Shown in pieces: positions 36,583-44,763 of a stretch of 44,763 nt of DNA. This DNA comes from a virus. Its lineage: Duplodnaviria > Heunggongvirae > Uroviricota > Caudoviricetes. The stretch's first letter is position 1. The number at the start of each line of letters is the position of its first letter. The stretch covers positions 1-44,763 of the IMG/VR virus record IMGVR_UViG_3300030310_000017; one strand, 5' to 3'. Under the pieces are notes generated by a model. It did not search any database, was not told the DNA's origin, and was given only the letters and a program-made list of their open reading frames with translations. Both the position numbers and the translations under genes were made by a program.

Positions 36583-38082
36583 ATGAGCACTAATTTTTTG
36601 CACGGCCCCCGCACGCTAGAATACGACGACGGCACAAAAGAAATCAGCACGGTAGATATTTCAGTTATCGGGATTGTTGGTACTGCAACGAACGTCGCAG
36701 AGGCTACGAGAGCTTCATTAATGTGGGGTTCATCACTGGCTGATAATCTCGTTGAATTTTCAACGGTATCACCAGGCAGCGACGGTAATAAATGGGTTGT
36801 TGAAATTGTAGATATGACGGTTGATGGCGCAACATGCACTCCGGGATACAGCACGCTGCCCGACGGAACAAAAAAATTAACGATGATTACGGAGCTGGGA
36901 ATGACTCCCAGCAAAATGTATGATCAGAATCAGGGATACAGAGAGGGTAAATCAGACGGAGAATGGATAAATGTAACATTTGGCGGCGATCATTCTGGCA
37001 CCGGCACAGTATTCGGCCTCCCGCCGACAAATTTATCTGGCGGAACTGATGATGCATTCCCAATTAATTCACCAGTATTAATTGCAGGCAGTCAGAAAAA
37101 AGCCGCGCTGCTCGGGAAATACGGGACCCTGCCTACCGCAATTTCTGATATTTTAAATCAGACAGATGCGCTAATCGTTGCCGTTCGCGTTGCCGAGAGT
37201 AGCGACGACTCTGATATGAACGAAAATGTTATTGCCGGAATTAACGCGCTGTTGACGTCAGCACAAATTAACGGAGTTACACCACGAATTATTATAGCGC
37301 CGGATTACAGCGCCCGCGATGAGGTCGCAGCGCAAATTGAGGTGGTCGCAAATAAACTTCGCGGCGTTGGATATATTGACTCTCCGCATTTAGCTACACC
37401 CGCAAATGTTGTAAATCGTCGGCAAAATTTCGGAGCGCGCGTAGAATTGTTGCGTCCCCGTGTTTATTCAACTAGCGACGTAGGCGGGCAATCAAGACCA
37501 TATTCAGCCATTGCTGCTGGTTTACGAGCCAGGATAGATAACGAAAAGGGGTTTTGGTGGAGCAAATCGAACCAGAATATCTACGGAGTTACAGGGCTTG
37601 AACAGGTCGACGATTTTATTATTGGTGAGACAAACTGCACAGCGAACCTGCTGAACGCTAGTCAGGTCAGCACCATCATTCGCTATGACGGGTTCAGACA
37701 CTGGGGTAACTATCTGTGCAGTCTGGATTCGCAGTGGTCGTTTGAATGCGTTCGTCGAACAGCTGATGTAATTGAGGATTCTATAGCCCGGGCAATGATG
37801 ACCGATTTTATTGATCGCCCGATAGATCTGCACCTCGGAACAGACGTCGTAGAGTCAATAAACGCATATCTGCATAAATTAGAGGAGCGGGGCGCGATTA
37901 ACGGAGGTCGGGCGTGGTTAGACGGTGAGTTGAATACAAAAGAAAGTCTGGCTGCGGGTAATCTTTATATTAATGTTGATTTTGGCCCGAAATCTCCGGC
38001 ACAAACAATTACGTTAATGTACCGCATTAATAATGACTATACAGTTGAAGCACTGGCCTCCCTTTTTAAAGAAACAGCCTGA
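36583..38082 (+). CDS. Contractile tail sheath protein, P2 FI-like
   Basis: N-terminus (HGPRTLEYDDGTKEISTV) and C-terminus (RYDGFRHWGN, AGNLYINVDFGP) match the P2 FI sheath pattern. Confidence 0.9.
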   Translation: MSTNFLHGPRTLEYDDGTKEISTVDISVIGIVGTATNVAEATRASLMWGSSLADNLVEFSTVSPGSDGNKWVVEIVDMTVDGATCTPGYSTLPDGTKKLTMITELGMTPSKMYDQNQGYREGKSDGEWINVTFGGDHSGTGTVFGLPPTNLSGGTDDAFPINSPVLIAGSQKKAALLGKYGTLPTAISDILNQTDALIVAVRVAESSDDSDMNENVIAGINALLTSAQINGVTPRIIIAPDYSARDEVAAQIEVVANKLRGVGYIDSPHLATPANVVNRRQNFGARVELLRPRVYSTSDVGGQSRPYSAIAAGLRARIDNEKGFWWSKSNQNIYGVTGLEQVDDFIIGETNCTANLLNASQVSTIIRYDGFRHWGNYLCSLDSQWSFECVRRTADVIEDSIARAMMTDFIDRPIDLHLGTDVVESINAYLHKLEERGAINGGRAWLDGELNTKESLAAGNLYINVDFGPKSPAQTITLMYRINNDYTVEALASLFKETA

Positions 38083-38099
38083 TAATTCGGAGATTAAAT

Positions 38100-38612
38100 A
38101 TGTCAGACAGCAACGCTTACCGCGCGTTTGCGCTATTCGTGCAGGGCGAACGGGTTTTAAATTGTACTGAATATACTCCTGTCGATATGAAAATAATCGA
38201 GGACGAGTTTAAAACAGGCGCGATGGATACAGCCATCACATTAGATGGCGGTATGGAGAAAATGTCAGCCAGTTTTAAAGTTTCGGGTTCTGATTCTGGT
38301 GTTATGAGCTATTTCGGGTTAATACCGGGAGTCAAGACGCGGTTTGAAATTCGTAGTGCGTACACAGACTCCTATGGAATAAATTTTGAGCGTATTGATA
38401 CCTACGAGGGACTTATTACGGCAATCACTGATGACGCTCAGGGGACTGATTCTAAATCGTCAGTGGGGCAATCAGTAACGATTGCGCCGAGCTATTATAA
38501 ACGAGTTCAAAATGGACGAATTATTTACGAAATTCATCCTGCAAAAATGAAACGCGTTATCAATGGTGTTGATGTTCTTGCGGGCGTCGCTCGAATCCTT
38601 CATGTATATTAA
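38100..38612 (+). CDS. Tail tube protein, P2 FII-like
   Basis: 170-aa ORF directly after the sheath gene, with a NGVD-containing C-terminus similar to P2 FII. Confidence 0.75.
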   Translation: MSDSNAYRAFALFVQGERVLNCTEYTPVDMKIIEDEFKTGAMDTAITLDGGMEKMSASFKVSGSDSGVMSYFGLIPGVKTRFEIRSAYTDSYGINFERIDTYEGLITAITDDAQGTDSKSSVGQSVTIAPSYYKRVQNGRIIYEIHPAKMKRVINGVDVLAGVARILHVY

Positions 38613-38624
38613 AAGGTAAATAAA

Positions 38625-38906
38625 ATGGAATCATTATTAGACAGTATGACTATTACGCTCTCTCGACCATTTATTATTAAGGGCGAGAGCCGCGATACAA
38701 TTACTATTCGCGAACCAAAATTACGCGACCGCATTATGTTCAGTAACGATAAAAGCGGTCTTGAAGAGCGGACAGCGACAATGCTGGCGCGCCTGGCAAA
38801 TCTGGAAAGAGAGGATTTATATGCGCTCCCCGCGTGCGATTACGATCAACTGGAGGCCGCGTTTAACGAACTGGTAAAGCACCCGAAAGACCGACATCAG
38901 ATATAG
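38625..38906 (+). CDS. Tail assembly chaperone, P2 gpE-like
   Basis: 93-aa ORF upstream of the tape-measure gene. A second reading frame is open from about 38867 to about 39050, overlapping its 3' end. Confidence 0.65.
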   Translation: MESLLDSMTITLSRPFIIKGESRDTITIREPKLRDRIMFSNDKSGLEERTATMLARLANLEREDLYALPACDYDQLEAAFNELVKHPKDRHQI

Positions 38907-39014
38907 TTATTCTGATTCCGTTTATTGCGAAAAAACTTGCCATCCCGCCTGATACGCAAATGGACCTGCCGTATCGGGTTTTTAATTTCTATGTAAACGA
39001 GGTCATGAAAACCG

Positions 39015-40655
39015 ATGGCTATTTCTCAAAACTTTAAAACGCAGGTTGTATTCGGGGGGCGAATAGACCCGTCGTTTCGGCGCGGTACAACAGAACTCAA
39101 CGACGCCATTCGGCAGACGTCGTCTACTGTCGGAAAATTAACGAAAAGCCAGGATAAATTAAAAGACAAAATCGCAGCAATGAAACTGGCAGGTAAAGAT
39201 GTCTCTGATTTATCTGCTCAGTATCAAAAGCTGGACCGTCGGATAAAGGCGACAACGCAGGACCAGGAGGCGCTGAATACCCAGCTTGCTAAAAAACAGC
39301 GGCTGGAGAAGTGGACGGGGCGCGCAAAAGGTGCTGCAAAATGGGGCGGACGAGCCACCGCAGGTGCGGTGAGGGCCACGGGACGGGGTATCAAATGGGG
39401 GACGCTGGGGGCCGTGGGTCTGCTCGGCGGCGCGACTGCTGGCGCGCTGGCAATGAATGCAGAGACGTCAGAAAAACTCGGTCTGGCGAAGTCCTACGGT
39501 GTTGGCATCGAAAAATACGCTGCGTGGGAAAATATTGGTAAAGCTGCGGGCCTGAACGGCGAAAATGTTGGTGACCTGTCAGAAGAACTTACAAATAAAA
39601 TCGGCGAAATCGGAAACGAAAAAAACCTGAACCCCATGTTGTTTCAAATTGGCTTGACAAAAAAACGGATGGCTAAATGGGATCGAGAAAAACAGTTCAA
39701 TGAAGTTATGCGGCGTATCTCTGAAATGAAGGATGATCAACAGGCGGCGAGTCTGGCTGATCAGCTAATGGGGGGAGAGGCTAATAAAATAATGACCTAT
39801 ATGCGGGCGACTGGTAAAAGCTGGGAGCAGACTATGTCGGACGCTCAAAAATCAAACCTGCTAACGAAAGAAGGGGCTGAGGGTGCAGCGCGCGCGCACG
39901 TATCCGTCACGAATCTGTGGGGGGCAATCACATCGGGGCTGGCAGATACTCTCGGGAAAATCGGAGGGGAACTCGCGCCGACGTTTGACGCTATGCGAGA
40001 CGGGCTGGCATCCTGGTTTAAAGAGAATCAAGGGGGGGTTGTTGATAGTATTAAAGAATGGGTTAAGCCAGAAAATATGAAAAAACTTTGGGAGGGGATA
40101 GTCAGTTTTGGCGAGGCGTGCGTTAAATTCGGAAAAATAATTTGGGCAGTCGTAAAAAAACTGGAGTGGTTAATCCCGGACGAGAAAACAGACGAGGAAC
40201 AGCGCGTATATAACGAAGAATATAATAAAGCGTATCAGGAATTCATGGATAGTGGTGGTAAATATTCACCGAACCCAGGACTGGCAGCAGATAATGTAGC
40301 AAAAGCAAAAGCCGACGAAGCCGTGGATAATATGCGACACCCTGAACGTCTTGCTCGTGCAAAATCACAGGCTGAATCAATGCTCTCGTTTGCTAACCCG
40401 TTTACTGGATTAATAAATAAAGACTCAACGCCTGAATCACAAAACTCAGCAACGTTGAATATTGACGCGCTGAGACAGGCAGTCGCAACTCCAGCGCCAG
40501 AGCAAAACAATAAAATTGAAATCAATATTATCGGAGCAGCAGATCCACAATCAACACAGCAGGCTGCCGCATCGGGTGTGCTCGACGGGCTGAGACAGGT
40601 TGCGAGTTCGTACAATCGTGGTGCAATGTTTGATAAACCAGCGGCGGCGGGGTGA
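39015..40655 (+). CDS. Tail tape-measure protein
   Basis: 546-aa protein that is Gly/Ala-rich with coiled-coil character, in the canonical position after the chaperone gene. Confidence 0.8.
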   Translation: MAISQNFKTQVVFGGRIDPSFRRGTTELNDAIRQTSSTVGKLTKSQDKLKDKIAAMKLAGKDVSDLSAQYQKLDRRIKATTQDQEALNTQLAKKQRLEKWTGRAKGAAKWGGRATAGAVRATGRGIKWGTLGAVGLLGGATAGALAMNAETSEKLGLAKSYGVGIEKYAAWENIGKAAGLNGENVGDLSEELTNKIGEIGNEKNLNPMLFQIGLTKKRMAKWDREKQFNEVMRRISEMKDDQQAASLADQLMGGEANKIMTYMRATGKSWEQTMSDAQKSNLLTKEGAEGAARAHVSVTNLWGAITSGLADTLGKIGGELAPTFDAMRDGLASWFKENQGGVVDSIKEWVKPENMKKLWEGIVSFGEACVKFGKIIWAVVKKLEWLIPDEKTDEEQRVYNEEYNKAYQEFMDSGGKYSPNPGLAADNVAKAKADEAVDNMRHPERLARAKSQAESMLSFANPFTGLINKDSTPESQNSATLNIDALRQAVATPAPEQNNKIEINIIGAADPQSTQQAAASGVLDGLRQVASSYNRGAMFDKPAAAG

Positions 40656-41080
40656 CAATGAGTGATGCAATAAACGGTGCTGAGGATATCATGCTCGGTT
40701 TGGGTGATTTCATTTTTGCTATATCAACAGTAGCGTACAACAAACTGCAACGTAGTGACGCCTGGCGCTGGGCTCAGCAAACACGATTCGGGAAAAACGA
40801 CGCATTGCAGATAACCGGACGACCGAACCCCACAATCACGATCGATGGGAAAATAAACGCGTTATTCCTTGATGGGTGCGGCATTGGCTTGTTAACAGAT
40901 TTGCGGGCACTGGGGAACTCGGGAGAACCCCAGCAACTGGTGCTGGGGACCGGGGAGGTGAAGGGGTACTGGGTTATCAGGGAGTTAACAGAAACGCAAA
41001 ACAGTTTTCTGAAAGGAGGGACCCCAAAATCGCAGGACTTTTCACTCACGCTCGAATATTATGGAGCTTCGCTAGATTAA
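40652..41080 (+). CDS. Tail protein, P2 gpU-like
   Basis: 142-aa protein with gpU-like segments (MLGLGDFIF, DAWRWAQ, FSLTLEYYG). Confidence 0.7.
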   Translation: MTMSDAINGAEDIMLGLGDFIFAISTVAYNKLQRSDAWRWAQQTRFGKNDALQITGRPNPTITIDGKINALFLDGCGIGLLTDLRALGNSGEPQQLVLGTGEVKGYWVIRELTETQNSFLKGGTPKSQDFSLTLEYYGASLD

Positions 41081-41253
41081 TACAAAATCAAGCGCTACCA
41101 GAGCACTTAACAAGTATAAAAATAATAAAAAAAACTACGAGCATAAATGTAAAACAACCTGATGGTATTTTTTTTGACGCCGAAATACTAATACCTCTCC
41201 GACTACTAAAATTAATTCTCATTATGAAATCCTTTTAATTAATGGGGCCCCAA

Positions 41254-41466
41254 ATGATTACATACACTACACGGGACGGTGACCGTCTCGATCAGATCTG
41301 CCTTGCTGTCTACGGGAGAACAGCAAAAACGACAGAAACCGTGTTATATCAAGTTTTAAATTACGGCGTAACGGATATGTGTGCCGTGTTTCGTGCAGGA
41401 GAAAAAATTGTTTTACCAGAAATCGACCCCGAACCGGCTAAAAAAGAAACGCAATTATGGGATTGA
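41254..41466 (+). CDS. Tail protein, P2 gpX-like (LysM-like)
   Basis: Contains GDRLDQICLAVYGRT...TVL, matching the P2 gpX pattern. The track start at 41242 is an alternative. Confidence 0.7.
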   Translation: MITYTTRDGDRLDQICLAVYGRTAKTTETVLYQVLNYGVTDMCAVFRAGEKIVLPEIDPEPAKKETQLWD

Positions 41467-41469
41467 TGA

Positions 41470-42513
41470 ATGAGTGATTACGTAAATACTGGCGTGGAAG
41501 CATGGAAGCCCAATTTTTATATATCTGCTGATAATGAAAACATCACGGATAAAATAAGAAAAGGTTTGATCAATATCACGCTCACAGATTATGGTGGTTC
41601 GAGTAAACAGACAGACGAATTACGCGTAGCAATCGTTTCTGAAACTCTGAAAATTCCGGCCCGCGGAGTAAAAATCAGTATTGGGCTCGGTTTCGGTAAT
41701 CAGATAATTGATAAGGGTGTATACATCGTTGATGGTGCGAGCAGTGGCGGTGAACCCCGGGTAGTTGATTTCACAGCAAAAGCAGCTCCGATGAACGCAT
41801 CAAAAGGCTCTCCGACAGTTCAGAGCAAAAAAACTCGCTCCTGGAGCGACGTCACTGTCAGCAATATCGTTGCAACAATAGCGAGCGATAACGGGCTAAA
41901 ACCTCGCGTATCAAAGCGGTTTGCAGACAACATTATCACGCAGCTCGATCAAGTCGGCGAGTCAGATATGCACCTGATGTCGCGGCTCGCAACGAGATTC
42001 GATGCGGTGAGTAAACCCGCGGGCGGGTACTGGATATTCCTGCCGCGCGGCGCGGGCGAATCTGTTAGCGGAGCACCGCTTCAGCACTACACGCTCACGC
42101 GTCGTGATAACTCAAGCTGGGGTTATTCGAGAAATGGACAAAACGGTGATAGTGGCGGAGGTGGCGAAAATGCGGAGCCAACGTATTTGATCAAATATCA
42201 CGATACAGCAACGGGGCAGATCAAAGAATTGCGTACGGGCAGTGGCGGCGATCCTGTAATCGAGTGGCCGGCAGTGGAGCCGTCGCTTGATGCAGCGAAA
42301 GAAGCTGCGCCAGGACTCAAGGGCGGTGCAGCTAAAAAAGAGTTCTCCATGACTTACACGACGCCCGCGACGCTCGATTTAGTATCGCTGACTGCAGAAT
42401 GCAAAGTCACAACACAAGGATTCGGGACAGAGGAGGACCGAGACTGGACAATCAATACGTTGACGCTGACGCTGGCTGAAAACGGATTCTCTGCGCGACT
42501 GTCGCTGGAGTAA
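41470..42513 (+). CDS. Tail protein, P2 gpD-like (late control D family)
   Basis: 347-aa protein with an N-terminal region resembling gpD, located after the gpU/gpX genes. Confidence 0.8.
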   Translation: MSDYVNTGVEAWKPNFYISADNENITDKIRKGLINITLTDYGGSSKQTDELRVAIVSETLKIPARGVKISIGLGFGNQIIDKGVYIVDGASSGGEPRVVDFTAKAAPMNASKGSPTVQSKKTRSWSDVTVSNIVATIASDNGLKPRVSKRFADNIITQLDQVGESDMHLMSRLATRFDAVSKPAGGYWIFLPRGAGESVSGAPLQHYTLTRRDNSSWGYSRNGQNGDSGGGGENAEPTYLIKYHDTATGQIKELRTGSGGDPVIEWPAVEPSLDAAKEAAPGLKGGAAKKEFSMTYTTPATLDLVSLTAECKVTTQGFGTEEDRDWTINTLTLTLAENGFSARLSLE

Positions 42514-42518
42514 ATGAA

Positions 42519-44315
42519 ATGGCAATAATATCGGGTGTATACGCAAATGGGGTCGGCGAGCCCGTTGTCGGCGTTCAGTTAGTATTAACAGCACGGGGCA
42601 CGAGTTCACGCGTAGTAATGACCACTGTTGTAGAGCAAGAAACAGGCGCGGCGGGTGAGTACAAATTTGATATGAAGCCCGGAGTTTACGTTGTCACTGC
42701 TAGTGCGGCATATCTCGGCGTGATTAACGTTAACCCGGACAGTGTTGACGGCACGTTAAACGACTATTTGACTAATTTTAGCGCAGACGAACTGACGCCA
42801 GCTGCGTTGGCGGAGATCCAGGAACTCGTTGCCACAGCACAAGCCGCTGCCAGTGTTGCCAGCGCCGCCGCCGCTGCTGCTGCGCAGATTTCGACGGCAG
42901 CGGCAGGGAGCGCCAGATTTGAGAATTTTGACGAAATTATCAATGTCAATACAACAGCAATGCTGGAGCTGGAAAAACCGGAGGTGTTAGATCCGGATAT
43001 TGCAATAACTATCACAGAGACGATTAATTATAACTATATTGGCCCGGTAAACGGATTTTGCGACGTTACTAGCCCGCTTGAATATAAAATTCAAATGTAC
43101 GCCTACACAACAGGCGAATATTTTAACGGCGAAACAAATTTAACAGCGGACGGGAAGTTTTCTTTTAAACGTTCCTGGGCTGGTGCAAAACAATTCAGAT
43201 TGGTGCGCGTAGCAGATAGTAAATGGATCACTACGCTGGAATACCCGCTGTGTATTCGCAGTTACTGGATGCCCGCTGACGCCGATCCCGAGGTAGTCAG
43301 CGTCATGAAAGACCGTTGCTACACATATGATCAGGCGTGCGCGGCGCTGGCACTCATGGCGCAGAATCACGAGGCGGTAGAGCGTTATGTTACGGGTCTG
43401 TGCGCCCTGGTGGGTGAAAACGGCGGCATTAAATTTTTTGTTAACCGGCTGTCCGCACAGTCCTCCCGCGAATATTACCGCACGGGTAACGCGGCGTGGG
43501 TGTTGTACGCCCTGGCATTCTATCTGAGCAAATACCCTACCGGCAGTAACGCTGAGTTAGCGCGCGCGAAATTAAACGCCGGGCTAACCTGGCTGGACGG
43601 TCTGAAGGTTGACGCCAGCGGCGACCCGCGCCACGGCTTATACATGGGCGGCAACGGTAAATATCTGGAGGACGGATCATTTGATCCGAATTATGTTGCG
43701 ACCTGGTGCGCGCTCGAGCACAACGTTGATATTTATTTTTTATTCGAACTCGTTGGACGGTTAACCGATTTTACCGGATACGAACTGCGAGCCACCACGC
43801 TGGCTGCAAATATCGTGGAAAAATTCTGGATTGAGAGCGAGGGGCGATTCCGGCAGGGCGTGCACATTGACGGCCCGGACAACGCCGCAGCGCTGGATCA
43901 ATCGAGTTGGGGCGGGATATTCGCAGTAAAAGCCGCGCCGGAGTTGGCGGAAAAATGCCGCCGTTATATGGAAAGATTCCGGTTCGGCACACTGGAGAGC
44001 ACCGGTTATACACCGTATCACCCGGACTACGGATACAGCGGCCATAGCCGTGGCGTGTGGACCGAGGGTACAGCGGGTGTAGCACTATTCGAACGTGCGC
44101 TAGGGAACGAGCAGAGAGCTACCGATCTGATCGCGGGATTAAAACCACTGCGTAATGAATACGGCTATCGCGACTCATGCGACGATAAAAAATACGACAC
44201 ACTGCCGGACTGGCCGTCGACTACAAACACCGCTTGGGTTATTTTAACATGCAAGCCGGCGGGGTTTTGGTGCGTAGATTTCCCGGTATTGGACGTTGGT
44301 ATCGTCAGGTACTGA
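42519..44315 (+). CDS. Tail fibre / receptor-binding protein with a lambda Stf-like N-terminus and an enzyme-like C-terminal domain
   Basis: N-terminal ~130 aa (ISGVY.NG.GEPV...TLNDYLT) resemble the lambda side-tail-fibre N-domain. This is followed by an Ala-rich linker and a ~400-aa globular domain rich in W/Y/D/E that is not fibre-like. Confidence 0.65.
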   Translation: MAIISGVYANGVGEPVVGVQLVLTARGTSSRVVMTTVVEQETGAAGEYKFDMKPGVYVVTASAAYLGVINVNPDSVDGTLNDYLTNFSADELTPAALAEIQELVATAQAAASVASAAAAAAAQISTAAAGSARFENFDEIINVNTTAMLELEKPEVLDPDIAITITETINYNYIGPVNGFCDVTSPLEYKIQMYAYTTGEYFNGETNLTADGKFSFKRSWAGAKQFRLVRVADSKWITTLEYPLCIRSYWMPADADPEVVSVMKDRCYTYDQACAALALMAQNHEAVERYVTGLCALVGENGGIKFFVNRLSAQSSREYYRTGNAAWVLYALAFYLSKYPTGSNAELARAKLNAGLTWLDGLKVDASGDPRHGLYMGGNGKYLEDGSFDPNYVATWCALEHNVDIYFLFELVGRLTDFTGYELRATTLAANIVEKFWIESEGRFRQGVHIDGPDNAAALDQSSWGGIFAVKAAPELAEKCRRYMERFRFGTLESTGYTPYHPDYGYSGHSRGVWTEGTAGVALFERALGNEQRATDLIAGLKPLRNEYGYRDSCDDKKYDTLPDWPSTTNTAWVILTCKPAGFWCVDFPVLDVGIVRY

Positions 44316-44343
44316 CAATTATAATTTTTGGAGTTTTTTATAC

Positions 44344-44763
44344 ATGGTCGTTAAAAATATTCTTGCCTTTGGGATTATGTGTGCGCTTGCTGGTTGTGCA
44401 ACCAAGCCAGTCTCAAACGAGCAGGCTACTCCCGTTCCAGAAAAACAGGTAATCAATAGCGCAATACTCGAAAAAAGAGATGGGACAGGAGAGGTGATCA
44501 TCAAGCGTGATTCGGGTTTCTTTGGGAGCGCGTGCTTTTCCCGTGTTTATGTTGATGGTAAAGAGGTGGCAGATTTAGGTACAGCTCAGAAAGTCGTTGT
44601 ATACCCAACGATTGGTGATCATGTCTTCAGCGCGTGGCCAAAAGGAGTATGTGGTGGTGGCATGAGTGAGCAGGCGGGCAAGGTGACAACAGATCGTACT
44701 TTGATGTATCGCATAGGTTACGGTTCAAACGGTGAATATGGCATTCACCCAACTGCGTTTTAA
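44344..44763 (+). CDS. Lipoprotein (terminal moron)
   Basis: An ATG at 44344 and a signal peptide with a lipobox (IMCALAGC). It is the last gene after the tail fibre and its stop is at the window end. Confidence 0.5.
   Translation: MVVKNILAFGIMCALAGCATKPVSNEQATPVPEKQVINSAILEKRDGTGEVIIKRDSGFFGSACFSRVYVDGKEVADLGTAQKVVVYPTIGDHVFSAWPKGVCGGGMSEQAGKVTTDRTLMYRIGYGSNGEYGIHPTAF

Noticed and set aside
42840-42900. GCT/GCC-rich repetitive stretch
   Set aside because: It is in frame within the tail-fibre gene and encodes an Ala-rich linker; it is not a CRISPR array or non-coding tandem repeat.

Overview
This window is a near-complete lambdoid temperate prophage of an enterobacterium, read from its integrase end to its tail-fibre end. 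Gene order: integrase/excisionase and a leftward early operon (1-4766); an ORF-poor leader (4770-5760); an immunity switch with a short cI-like repressor and a divergent Cro/YdaS-like gene (5762-7039); a replication module with an O-like initiator carrying internal iterons and a DnaB-type helicase (7306-9758); small nin-like ORFs and an antirepressor (9797-12444); an AT-rich accessory island bracketed by ~90-bp direct repeats (12476-16292) followed by further cargo genes (16469-19595); a consensus LexA box, a Q-like gene and a lysis cassette (19707-22981); then lambda-type packaging/head genes (23595-31374) joined to a P2-type contractile tail module (32600-42513), ending with a tail fibre and a lipoprotein. 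The strongest candidate for an undescribed system is the translationally coupled pair at 14302-15947 (a minimal nucleotidyltransferase plus a DUF262/ParB-like protein), with a possible HEPN-like protein just beyond the downstream repeat. All family assignments are from reading the translations by eye; no database search was run.
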